Source of the DNA: Eledone cirrhosa
Taxonomy: Eukaryota
Assembly: GCA_964016885.1 (NCBI GenBank)
Contig: OZ024753.1
Coordinates: 10,602,001 to 10,666,000, forward strand
DNA: 64,000 nucleotides
Direction of reading: 5' to 3'
Positions 38,330 to 51,643 of this stretch are shown here, piece after piece; position 1 is the stretch's first letter; each line of letters opens with the position of its first letter. A program made the translations under genes and the position numbers. Below the pieces are notes generated by a model. It did no database searches and was not told the origin of the DNA. It was given only the letters and a program-made list of their open reading frames with translations.

Positions 38330-41300
38330 TATACAGTAACACCTTACAATATGGAGTGTCAACTACCATCACTCCAATATATAATAGGAACGCCTTAGAA
38401 TATGGAGTGTCACCTACCATCACTCCAATATATACAGGAACACCTTACAAAATGGAGTGTCACCTACCATCATTCCAATATATACAGGAACACCTTACAA
38501 TATGAAGTGTCAACTACCATCACTCCAATATATACAGGAACACTTACAATATGAAGTGTCACCTACCATCACTCCAATATATAGAGGAACACCTTACGAT
38601 ATGAAGTGTCAACTACCATCACTCCAATATATACAGGAACACCTTACAATATGATGTGTCAACTACCATCACTCCAATATATACAGGAACACCTTACAAT
38701 ATGAAGTGTCAACTACCATCACTCCAATATATAGAGGAACACCTTACAATATGAAGTGTCAACTACAATCACTCCAATATATACAGGAACATCTTACAAT
38801 ATGGATTGTCACATACCATCACTCCAATATATACAGGAACACCTTACAATATGGAGTGTCAACTACCATCACTCCAATATAAATATATAGAGGAACACCT
38901 TACAATATGGAGTGTCAACTACCATCACTCCAATATATAGAGGAACACCTTACAATATAAAGTGTCAACTACCATCCCTCCAAGATATAATAGGAACGCC
39001 TTACAATATGGAGTGTCACCTACCATCACTCCAATATATACAGGAACACCTCACAAAATGGAGTGTCACCTACCATCATTCCAATATATATAGGAACACC
39101 TTACAATATGGAGTGTCAACTACCATCACTCAAATATATACAGGAACACCTCACAAAATGGTGTGTCACCTACCATCATTCCAATATATACAGGAACACC
39201 TCACAAAATGGAGTGTCACCTACCATCATTCCAATATATATAGGAACACCTTACAATATGGAGTGTCAACTACCATCACTCAAATATATACAGGAACACC
39301 TCACAAAATGGAGTGTCACCTACCATCACTCCAATATATACAGGAACACCTCACAAAATGGAGTGTCACCTACCATCATTCCAATATATATAGGAACACC
39401 TTACAATATGGAGTGTCAACTACCATCACTCAAATATATACAGGAACACCTCACAAAATGGAGTGTCACCTACCATCACTCCAATATATACAGGAACACC
39501 TCACAAAATGGAGTGTCACCTACCATCATTCCAATATATATAGGAACACCTTACAATATGGAGTGTCAACTACCATCACTCAAATATATACAGGAACACC
39601 TCACAAAATGGAGTGTCACCTACCATCACTCCAATATATACAGGAACACCTCACAAAATGGAGTGTCACCTACCATCATTCCAATATATATAGGAACACC
39701 TTACAATATGGAGTGTCAACTACCATCACTCAAATATATACAGGAACACCTCACAAAATGGAGTGTCACCTACCATCACTCCAATATATACAGGAACACC
39801 TCACAAAATGGAGTGTCACCTACCATCATTCCAATATATATAGGAACACCTTACAATATGGAGTGTCAACTACCATCACTCAAATATATACAGGAACACC
39901 TCACAAAATGGAGTGTCACCTACCATCACTCCAATATATACAGGAACACCTCACAAAATGGAGTGTCACCTACCATCATTCCAATATATATAGGAACACC
40001 TTACAATATGGAGTGTCAACTACCATCACTCAAATATATACAGGAACACCTCACAAAATGGAGTGTCACCTACCATCACTCCAATATATACAGGAACACC
40101 TCACAAAATGGAGTGTCACCTACCATCATTCCAATATATACAGGAACACCTTACAATATGAAGTGTCAACTACCATCTCTCCAATATATAGAGGAACACC
40201 TTACAATATGAAGTGTCACCTACCATCACTCCAATATATACAGGAACACCTTACAATATGAAGTGTCAACTACCATCACTCCAATATATAGAGGAACACC
40301 TTACAATATGAAGTTTGAACTACTATCACTCCAATATATAGAGGAACACCTTACAATATGGAGTGTCAACTACCATCACTCCAATATAAATATATAGAGG
40401 AACACCTTACAATATGGAGTGTCACCTGCCATCACTCCAATATATACAGGAACACCTTACAATGTGGAGTGTCAACTACCATCACTCCAATATAAATATA
40501 TAGAGGAACATCTTACAATATGGAGTGTCAACTACCATCTCTCCCATATATAGAGGAACACCTTACAATATGGAGTGTCAACTACCATCACTCCAGTATA
40601 AATATATAGAGGAACACCTTACAATATGGAGTGTCAACTACCATCACTCCAATATATAGAGGAACACCTTACAATATGAAGTGTCAACTACCATCACTCC
40701 AATATATAGAGGAACTCCTTACAATATGGAGTGTCAACTGCTATCACTCCAATATATATACAGGAACACCTTACAATATGGAGTGTCAACTACCATCACT
40801 CCAGTATAAATATATAGAGGAACACCTTACAATATGAAGTGTCAACTACCATCACTCCAATATATAGAGGAACACCTTACAATATGGAATGTCAACTACC
40901 ATCACTCCAATATATACAGGAACACCTTACAATATGAAGTGTCAACTACCATCACTCCAATATATACAGGAACACCTTACAATATGAAGTGTCAACTACC
41001 ATCACTCCAATATATAGAGGAACACCTTTCAATATGGAATGTCAACTACCATCACTCCAATATATACAGGAACACCTTACAATATGAAGTGTCAACTACC
41101 ATCACTCCAATATATACAGGAACACCTTACAATATGGAATGTCAACTACCATCACTCCAATATATACAGGAACACCTTACAATATGAAGTGTCAACTACC
41201 ATCACTCCAATATATACAGGAACACCTTACAATATGGAGTGTCAACTACCATCACTCCAATATATAGAGGAAAACCTTACAATATGAAGTGTCAACTACA

Positions 41301-41898
41301 TCACTCCTATATATACAGGAACACCTTACAACATGGAGTGTCAACTACCATCACTCCAATATATACAGGAACACCTTACAATATGAAGTGTCAACTACCA
41401 TCACTCCAATATATACAGGAACACCTTACAATATGGAGTGTCAACTACCATCACTCCAATATATACAGGAACACCTTACAACATGAAGTGTCAACTACAT
41501 CACTCCTATATATACAGGAACACCTTACAACATGGAGTGTCAACTACCATCACTCCAATATATACAGGAACACCTTACAACATGGAGTGTCAACTACCAT
41601 CACTCCAATATATACAGGAAAACCTTACAATATGAAGTGTCAACTACCATCACTCCTATATATACAGGAACACCTTACAACATGGAGTGTCAACTACCAT
41701 CACTCCAATATATACAGGAACACCTTACAACATGGAGTGTCAACTACCATCACTCCTATATATACAGGAACACCTTACAACATGGAGTGTCAACTACCAT
41801 CACTCCTATATATACAGGAACACCTTACAACATGGAGTGTCAACTACCATCACTCCTATATACAGGAACACCTTACAACATGGAGTGTCAACTACCAT
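38330..41898 (-). repeat. Inverted block of the 50-bp satellite (about 70 units) with a homogeneous 150-bp trimer HOR at ~39040-40130
   Basis: Units are the reverse complement of the 17541-35091 array; sequence lines recur exactly every 300 bp between 39241 and 40080. Confidence 0.98.
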
Positions 41899-41899
41899 G

Positions 41900-42050
41900 A
41901 GTAACAGTAAGTCAGATGTCGCCATCTTATGTTCTGAATGCGCTGAAGCAGGCGAGTGTCAGTGCCATCAAGGCCTGTTGTTGTTTGGATGAAAGCGACC
42001 ATGTTTCACTTCCGTATAGCAAGATTGGTGGAATTGTTACTTGGAAATAT
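41900..42050 (-). pseudogene. RTE-clade LINE reverse transcriptase C-terminal fragment
   Basis: Translates to TIPPILLYGSETWSLSSKQQQAL; LLYGxETW is a characteristic RTE motif. Confidence 0.7.
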
Positions 42051-42677
42051 AATAGACACTTTAGTAAAATATAAAGACGGGAAGGATTAAGAGACAAAGA
42101 AACGTAAAAAATATAAGTTTGAAGAAAAACAAAGAGAAAAGCAATATATATTTTTTTGATCGAAAAGGAAAAGGAAAAAAGAAGAAATAAAACCAACGAA
42201 ACGAAGAAGAGAAAGAGAAAGAAAAAAATCTGATGAATGATTGTAATGAAAAAGAACGATAAAATGAAAGGAGGGCAGGCTTGAAAGAATAAATAATTGA
42301 AAATTATAAATGAATTTCATTAAAAAGAATGATATAAATGAAGACAGAAAAAGGCTTAAATAAATTTGAAGAAACCTCACGCCCCGAAACAAACAAAAAC
42401 AAAGCTAGAAAGGCAATATAAAAGAGATAAAAAAATAAACTGAGTCAAAGAAATTGAAGGATTAAGGTAATGAAAATAAATGGTAGTACAAATATACATC
42501 TGTTAGCCCTAGTTTCGTAAGTTTATCTTGCCACTATTTTAAAATAGCAATTTATTCCAATAGATTATTACAGTACGACATTTTTTTAGCGAGTGTTTAT
42601 CTTTTGTATTGTCGTCGCTAGCAGGCAAATAGATTGATATAGTTTAAAACACACACATATATACATACACTCGCTCC

Positions 42678-42735
<58 letters not shown>

Positions 42736-43059
42736 ATTTAAATGTGTGTGTGTATATATATATTTATACATATATATATATTTATATGCAGGTGTATGTG
42801 TGTATATATGTATATATGTGTTTGTGTGTGTGTATATATATGTGTATGTGTGTGTATATATATGTATATATATATACACACACACAATATAGTTTAGTAT
42901 TTCCACCAGTATATAGAGGTATATTGAATAGGAGGCTGGAAATGCACTTGGTGTCTTTAAGGGGGTAAATATATAATTTATACTAACTTAACAAGTTTAA
43001 CAATTTCACCATTTCCAGGAGTTTCGTGAGATGGAGCTAAGCGACAAATGATGGCATAA

Positions 43060-43530
43060 CTCCACCTCTACCTCACCTCCACTCCTCCTCACCTCCACTC
43101 CTCCTCACCACTACCTCCACCTCACCTCCACTCCTCCTCACCTCTACTTCCACTCCACCCACAACTCCCTCCTCTCCCCTTCGACCTCCACTCCACATCC
43201 CCCCTCCTCCTCAAACCACAACCCCCTCCGCCTCCCCTCCAACTCTATCTCCCATAACTCACCTCCATCCTCCTCCTCACCTCTACCCCCTTCAACTCCC
43301 CCCTTCAACTCCCCCCTTCAACTCCCCCCTTCACCTCTACCTCCCCTATACCCCCTCCAACTACCCCCTTCACCTCTACCTCCCCTTCAACTCCCTCCAC
43401 CACCTCCCCTCCACCACCTTCCCTCCAACATCTTCCCTCCAACTCTATCTCCCATAACTCACCTCCATTCCACGTCACCTCCATTCTACGTCACCTCCAC
43501 TCTACCTCCACCTCCACTCTACCTCCCCAC
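43060..43530. repeat. C-rich (CCTCCA/CTCCCC) low-complexity tract
   Basis: Direct inspection. Confidence 0.9.
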
Positions 43531-44324
43531 ATAACTCACACTACTTCTGAAAATCAGAAAATTGTGAAACTGGTTGAGTTAATGACAATAAATCTTCTTA
43601 AAGACTTCAAGTACATTTTCAACTTATTTTCTATAACAAGCAAAAAAAAAAGAAAACACACACAAAAACAAACATTAAAGAGAAAGAAAAAAAGAGGGAG
43701 GGAGGGAGAGAAAGAGACGATGCTGATGATAGGTAAATATTGAATAGGAGACGCACACTACGAATTTAGAAAGAAAAAATGCGGAAAGAAAGAAAAGAAA
43801 TTGTAATGAACATGTTTATAAATGCCTCTGTAATACTATAATACCAGTCAGCTGTCTAGATAAACACCACCTATGATAAATGACACACACACAGCCACGC
43901 GCACACATACACACTGCCATATACGTACACATACACATGCACGCACAATAAACAAAACAAAATGGTGTTAACATTTCCTCACCTCAAAATAATTGTAAAT
44001 GTTATTGAGTATTGTGTGGTATCTCTTTGTATAACCTAAACATTCGTATATTATCGACCTAAATTCTTGTTATATTCAATTCCCGATTATTTCATATATT
44101 TGGTTGAGTTGCTGACTTGGCTGTATGTGGTGAGCTATTTTTAGCACTTCCGCCAAACCCACAGCTATCCACTCACTGCTACAAATATTATGGCAGTCAC
44201 AATTACAACGCCGGGGCTTCAAGTCCTGACTTTTACTTTTCAGTGGATAGCCGTTGTCTTGAATCGCCATTAGGACGGCCTATTGATAAAAGACAGTCCT
44301 AACTTTGTTAATTATCAATTTATA

Positions 44325-44658
44325 ATTATCATTTCTACCATAGGCACAAGGCCAGCAATTTTCAGGGAGGGGAAAATCGATTAAATCGACCCCAGTGCGT
44401 TACTGGTGTTTTATTTTATCGACCTCGTAAGGATGAAAGGCAAAGTTAACCTCGATATGATTTGAACTCAGAACATAAAAGGCCATAACTCTATGCTACA
44501 AAGCATGATGTCTAACGCTCTACCGATACTGCCAATATAATAATTGTTTCTACTTTTGGCACAAGGCCAGCATTTACACCAGTGTATTACTGGTACTTTA
44601 TTTTATCGACCCCGTAAGGATGAAAGGTAAAGTTGACCTCGGTGGGATTTGAACTCCT
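44325..44658 (-). mobile_element. Two tandem main-family SINE copies (44325-44535 full, 44540-44658 truncated)
   Basis: Two successive reverse-complement tails and cores. Confidence 0.8.
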
Positions 44659-44974
44659 AATGGTAATTGGTAAGGTTTTATTTTTCTTGGCATGAAACTT
44701 CTCAGAATAGGTTTGAAAAGTAGGGGACTTTCTTATCTATTAAGAGTATTATAAGTGTGCATTACATTTATCTTTTAAAACTGTTTTCTTGCTATCGCTC
44801 TTCCCTGCGTTTGTTTAATGTTATTTGTTACAAGATATTAAATTATTGTTCCATAACATTATCGTTTAAGAGTTCGATCTGATAAGGTTTTCTCGCACAT
44901 ACTTTCATTCAACGGTTAAGGTACATCGAAATAGAAATTATTGGATATAGAACTAAATTCCTGATATATATATA

Positions 44975-46256
44975 CAGGGTGTTCGGAATAAATTTGACAG
45001 AATAATATTTGGTTATTTTTTAAGATGTTTTAAATTCATTCATGCCCACTAGGCTTTATTTGAAAGTTTAAACCCTCCCTCATTCATATATGTGATGACA
45101 ACGAGAATGGATGACTGGGAGCCACCTGAATCATGGAAGAGAATAACTTGTATCATGATGATTCGCGCCGGCCATCAAAATAAGGAGATTATGGTCGCTG
45201 CTCAATGCTCCCTGAACACTGTAAAAACAATCCGGCATGAACTGGAGAATTACAATGGAGACTACGAGGCTGTGGCTAGAAGAAAGAAACATAACAGAAG
45301 ATCTGATTGCTCTCGCACAGTAGAATTCATCGAAAATCTGAAGAAAAAAGTGTTGGAGGACCCTGGCATCGGAATTCGGTCTTTGTCGCGTGAATTGAAT
45401 GTTTCAGCCTCTACTATGAAAATTGCAGTCAATGAAGACCTTCGCTACTACTCATACAAGCGTCGCAGAGGTCAACTTCTCACAGAAAAGGCGAAGAAAC
45501 TTCTGAGCAAAGTGAAACATCCTGCTGAAGCACAAACAATCTGGTTCTTTTCCGATGAGAAAAACTTTTGCCAAGATCAAAAACACAACACGCAGAATAA
45601 CAGATGACTTGCATACAGTCCAAAGGACACTCCTCGAGTCATGCAGACTAAATTTTCCCAAACTGTCATGGTTTTTGGATGTGTGTCCTCCGAGGGTGAT
45701 GTGATGCCTCCGCATTTTTTCAAACAGGGTCTCAGGTTGAATTCAGATGCCTACGTGGAATTGCTAACCACTGTAGTTAAGCCCTGGATAACAAGGGTAG
45801 CCAATAATAGGCCGTATGTATGGCAGCAGGATTCGGCCCCCTGCCACACCTCGGGGAAAAGTCAAAAATGGTTGTCAACCAATTTTTACGACTACACCAG
45901 TCCCAATGTTTGGCCTCCGAACTCCCCTGATCTTAACCCGATGGACTATTATGTATGGGGCGCTGTAGAGAAAGACACCAATCGCCGTGCCAATACTACA
46001 AAAGCCCAGTTAATCGACAGAATTACAGTAGTTTTTGAGGGCCTTCCCAGGGAAAGTGTAAAATCAGTTTGCTCCAGGTTCCGGGCCCGGATTGAGGCTG
46101 TAATAGATGCTAATGGCGGTTATTTTGAGTAAAACTCTTTGACAATAGTGTAATTTCCTTGTCCATTGAATTTCTTTTAAATCAAATAAATTTTGTAGAT
46201 ACCAAGCACTTTTTCTTTTTCCTGATGAAACTGTCAAATTTATCCTGAACACCCTG
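44975..46256 (+). mobile_element. Full-length Tc1/mariner transposon, DD37D (maT) family, 1282 bp
   Basis: 26-bp TIRs CAGGGTGTTCGGAATAAATTTGACAG and CTGTCAAATTTATCCTGAACACCCTG (24/26 match); TA flanks within (TA)n; transposase inside. Confidence 0.95.
45095..46132 (+). pseudogene. DD37D transposase with a single in-frame stop (TGA 45605-45607)
   Basis: ORFs 45092..45607 and 45641..46132 are in the same frame. Motifs WFFSDEK, WQQDSAPCH and WPPNSPDLNPMDY, with 37 residues between the second and third Asp. QNNR*LAY suggests TGG>TGA. Confidence 0.92.
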
Positions 46257-46265
46257 TATATATAT

Positions 46266-46302
46266 CGAATGAAACAGTTCTTGTCTTGTAGAACCCATTT
46301 CC
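46266..46302 (+). mobile_element. Family B hammerhead 3'-half remnant next to the maT element
   Basis: CGAATGAAACAGTTCTTGTCTTGTAGAACCCATTTCC aligns to family B GAATGAAACAG...CCTGTAGAAGCCATTTC. Confidence 0.5.
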
Positions 46303-46881
46303 ACTTGTTATCCTATATATTTATATGGGATAACAAGTTATCGTTTAAGGTAACCCAGCTAGAGGTTGTGAGTACTCTGTATCGGGGATAGTTTTAATGT
46401 ACGGCGTTGTTTGACTAAACAAGAAGTTTCCTTAGTCGAGTGGCTGGTTTAAGAAAGTTCCTAGCCAGGTGGTTCTTGGAGTAATAATAGTAAAAGAATG
46501 AAAAATAATGGATGTGCAATAGGGTTTATTTAAAGTATTAACAATTGCTTCATTATATATGTGAAATCATATTTGTATTGATCGCCCGGGCCTAGCAATT
46601 AATTAGTCCGGTGGCTGATGGCTTCACGACCACTGTTTTCATTTTATCTGGCCTTTATAACGTATGTTAATTGCTCTGGTCTTCTTTTAGTCCATTGAGC
46701 ACTTGCCGCATATCTCGAGGATTGCGTTTCGTTTTGTTTTTGGCCCCCGCCGAAATACGATCTCGCTGAAGTTATATATATATATTAAAATAACAGATTA
46801 AAGTTTAAGCAAAGAATCGCTACTATCGCTGCTTTCACCCTTATCGAGCCCTCTTTAGATTTTAGTCTTCAAATTTATTAC

Positions 46882-46924
<43 letters not shown>

Positions 46925-47102
46925 TATGTATGTACACACACACATATATATATATATATATTTATTTACTTATTTAATCTCGTTAAACGTTAGTATAGGG
47001 TTGGTAAACTAGGGCGAAGTGTGTGTGTGCGAGAGAGAGAGAGAGAGAGTAAAGATTGAGAAGGAAAAACTATGATCTGTTAGAATGGTGTTAGTGATTG
47101 GA

Positions 47103-47148
<46 letters not shown>

Positions 47149-47494
47149 ACAATATAACAGCTTCGTGTCATGAAGGTTACTAAGTACTGTAGTAAATTTT
47201 GCTAACACTAAGAAATTGTCTCAATTACTGATTTGAGATGCCATAAACCACAGCAGTGCACTAGCTAGATGCTGGATTATATTGCAGACCGTTCTAGGTT
47301 ATCACAACGATGTAATTTTAGCTGTTAATTCAAACCACAAATATAGATGATAAGCATTGAAAATCCTACATCACTGTTATGATATATGTTGTTTGTTTTT
47401 GTTGTTGTTGTTGCTACTGCTGCAGTCAAATTCCAATTTAGTCCTCATTGAGCAGTCGTATGAACAAACGTTCAATTGTAACCATTACATCTTA

Positions 47495-47678
47495 TTGGCA
47501 GTATCGGTAGAGAGTCGGATACTATGCTTTGCAGCAAAGAGTTACGGCTCTTTATGGTCCAAGTTCAAATCCCGCCGAGGTTAACTTTGCCTTTCATCCT
47601 TACGGGGTCGTTAAAATAAAGTACCAGTAATACACTGGGATAATTGCTGGCCTTGTGCCAAAAGAGGAAACAATTATA
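47495..47678 (+). mobile_element. tRNA-derived SINE, main family
   Basis: TTGGCAGTATCGG A box, AAGTTCAAATCC B box, core and tail. Confidence 0.85.
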
Positions 47679-48572
47679 TATAATATAGTAAAATAAAAAA
47701 TATCTATCTATACATAGTATATATTATATTATTTATTATATATAAATTAACGATTTTATTTATTATATATTATTTACAATTTTCATGTAGGTAGGTCTCT
47801 CTGGGAATAGGGTTAGGGGCGCTGGGGTATTACGTGACCGTGTGGTGGGGCCAACGTTTTGAGAACCTCTGATCCAGAGGCTTCCCCATTAACTTATGTA
47901 AAGTACACTTTTGTTGGTATTGTCCTACTTCAACCATTATTAAATTACTTATGTTCAAAGACACTCCACCAATGAGTATATCGCCTTTCTGCCAGGAATT
48001 GCTTATCTAAGCTTTTCATTACCCAATATATTCTTTCTTCTTGAAGACAGCAGGTTTTAATTCATGTGAGATTTGGGTGGCTACTATTTCTTGCAACTAA
48101 ATCGGCCACATAGAGACTATGTCGTTTATGCAGGATGTGGTGAAATATTTCTCACTTTAAACCGCCAAACAACACCTTTATCTCGCCTCAATAGAGAAAA
48201 TAAATAATAAAAAATGTCCACCTACTCTCATTTGCTATCTAAAACAAAAGTAATGCGTAAATACATCCTACCAGAAATATAACTTCGAGTTACAGTATCC
48301 TAGCTATAAATTAACTTTCATACTCATTAGAACTGTTGGTACACTCGGTGTACTGTATGTAAAGAAATATAATCTCTGTGATCTAAAAAGTTCTTGAAAA
48401 CAAATAAATACGTAAAACAAAGACAAATTGAAAAAAAAAAAAATGAAAATGAATTCAATTAAAAATAAAGACGCTGGCATGATTCTTGAAGACGGTCAGT
48501 TTTTATTGCTGGAATTGTGAAGATCTGAAATTTTTTTTTCTACATTTTTTCTCTTTTCTTTTCTTCACCCAC

Positions 48573-49030
48573 TTATTCCTGAGATGGCCTTGGGGGTGGA
48601 GTCCTTAAACACTCCCTCCAGCGGATGCTGTCAGAAGCAACCGTCTCCAACTGATCCAGCTGGATCCCCAAGTGAGACCAGCAAATCTCATGGCTATTAT
48701 CCAACCATCTCGCTCGGGGTTTACCCCTGGGTCTCCTACCACTTGGTTTTACCAGTAAAATCTGTCCAGCGATTTTTTTTTTTTCCTGAGACATTCTAAC
48801 CACATGCCTATAGTATCGGAGCTGTGATCTCTCAATTCAGAGAACTAGCGTTACTCCAAAGACCCATCGGAGGAATCCTATCGTATTTATCTTTCATATT
48901 TTACTTACAATGATATTCTCCATAGTATCAGAGCTGTGATCTCTCAATTCAGAGAAGTAGTGGCTCCACCTGTAGTGACTCTCTGATCTCCTAGCTTCGC
49001 ACTTTATCGCGTAACGTTACTCCAAATACC
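48573..49030 (-). pseudogene. RTE-clade LINE 3' end with internal partial duplication
   Basis: LRIERSQLRYYRHVVRMSQE...GRRPRGKPRARWLD...WRE is a typical RTE ORF C-terminus. The segment ATAGTATC.GAGCTGTGATCTCTCAATTCAGAGAA occurs twice (~48810 and ~48922). Confidence 0.8.
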
Positions 49031-49564
49031 CTTAGTTTAGGAAATTTATTATCAGACACGGAATATCAGAGCTCACGTTCATTTGTTAGGGCTTTCGTTA
49101 CTAACCAGAAATCGTGGACTTTCTTCAGACGCAGGAGATACCTGCTCCGAATGATTACATGCGTTCAGATGTGGTGTACGTTCAACTGGGAGACAAATTA
49201 CCCCTACCACATAAATTAGTTCATTTGACTAACTTCAGCGCATTTTCGCTGCTCTTCCATTTCCATCCCAACGAGTCACTCAGTTTGTTTTGTCCCAGAA
49301 CTCGTAATTACGAATCAGATCTCAGTGGCACCCTCATTGATGTGTGCCTCTGAAACATCCTCGTACCTGTTAGGATTTATGGGAGAATATAGACTCTTTG
49401 AAGTGCATTTCCAACGGGTTTTACTTTTCACTTTAGTTCCATATCTCTATCATCTTCAATACATTTTTGTTTTTTGTTTTTCTTTTACCCACGTCTGCCA
49501 CAGTTGAATAAGTTGAGTAAACTTGGAGACGGAAAATGATGGTCTTATGTACATATAAGTTCGT

Positions 49565-50226
<662 letters not shown>

Positions 50227-50389
50227 AGTGCTCTGTGTCAGCTTCTGGGGATTGATTTCAAAAGATGTTAATCGCAGCTGCAACTTCGATTTTACTCTCT
50301 CTCTCTCTCTTTTTTTTTCTCTCTTTCTCTCTTTCTCTCTCTTTCTCTCTCTCTCTCTTTCTCTGAGAGAGAGTATATATATGACGGTT

Positions 50390-51070
50390 TTTAACGCGCT
50401 GCGTGATTTTTCATGTAAGAAACCTGCAAATAGCTTCCGGCGTCGGTTACAATGGACCAATTACGCATGCGCACACAGCCAACACTCACATATTTCAGAA
50501 GCTGTGTTTTTCTCTTGGTTCATCAGCGGAAATAAATCCATGTTTCCTGCAGCCTCCAAATCAAAATCATTTGAAACATTATTCTAACAATATTTACGGC
50601 GCCATTAAAACAGTCTGAATTCGTATCTTTTCACTGGATATAATAAGAGAATTTGATCAAGATAAATGTTTTGTATGTGATAGTTAACCGAGGTAAACCC
50701 GTGAACCGGATAACGAACTTTGATATATAAACAGCGTATCTATTTCCCTTCTCTCAAATTATCAGTGTTATACATGTTGTCGAATTGATGTATATGTTTG
50801 TGCTGAAAGAGAAGTGAGAAAAAAAATATTATCTTGTTAAGTTTCGGGTCTTTATCCTTCATTAAAACCTCTTATCTCGTAATAGTATTTTTTTTTAGGT
50901 TAATAAAACAGTTTTTAATATAGATAATTACATATATGTTTCTAGTCATATAATATTGTGGAATTCAATGGTAGTAAACATTGGAACATTGGAATCGATA
51001 CTTTTAGGCATTAAGACAAACACATAAATATATAATTACAGACGTTTGAAGTTGTATAAGATGGCGGAAT
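50390..51070. promoter_or_regulatory. Possible housekeeping-type promoter
   Basis: Local CpG enrichment with CTTCCGG (50434, ETS-like), CCAAT (50457), TACGCATGCGCA (50462-50473, NRF1-like), CGCCATT (50600) and AAGATGGCGG (51058-51067, YY1 consensus). No linked exon identified. Confidence 0.4.
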
Positions 51071-51122
51071 TAAGCTGCTGAGAGGATGTGAATATCTCTT
51101 GTTAATTCATTTAAAAAATGAT

Positions 51123-51541
51123 CTTCTCAGATAACATATAATTGTTTCTACTTTTGGTACAAGGCCAGCAATTATCCCAGTGTATTACTGGTACTTTATT
51201 TTATCGACCTCATAAGGATGAAAGGCGGGATTTGAACTCGGACCATAAAGGGCCGTAACTCTTTGCCGCAAAGCATGGTGTCCGACCCTCTACCAATACT
51301 GCCAATCCACCGCCCTTCTCAGATAACATATAATTGTTTCTACTTGTGGCACAAGGCCAGCAATTGTCCCAGTGTATTACTGGTACTTTATTTTATCGAC
51401 CCCTTAAGGATGAAAGGCAAAGTTAACCTCGGCGGGATTTGAACCCAGTCCGTAAAGGGCCGTAACTCTTTGCTGCAAAGCATGGCGTCCGACCCTCTAC
51501 CGATACTGCCAATCCACCGCCCTTCTCAGATAACATATAAT
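51123..51541 (-). mobile_element. Tandem pair of main-family SINEs bounded by three identical 20-bp TSD copies
   Basis: CTTCTCAGATAACATATAAT at 51123, 51315 and 51522. Both SINEs are full length from GGCGGTGGATTGGCAGTAT. Confidence 0.9.
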
Positions 51542-51643
51542 GAGTTCTAATTTTAGAATTAGTGTCGTTAAGAGGGAATGAAACCAGGTTTCAGAGTCTG
51601 TTCACTTAGATATTAATGTCTTATATTGGCACAATATTTAGAC

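Noticed and set aside
38912-40261. 449-aa and 382-aa ORFs in the reversed satellite
   Set aside because: These are translations of the 150-bp trimer HOR, open in overlapping frames because a variant removed the stop codon; no domain or gene signals.
17541-41898. CRISPR-like appearance of regularly spaced hairpin repeats
   Set aside because: There are no unique spacers; whole 50-bp and 40-bp units repeat, there are no cas genes, and the context is eukaryotic.
44100-44310. Complex unique sequence with short ORFs as a candidate host exon (also ~10780-10920 with GTGAGT)
   Set aside because: No recognisable domain, nearby in-frame stops and no consistent splice-site pair.
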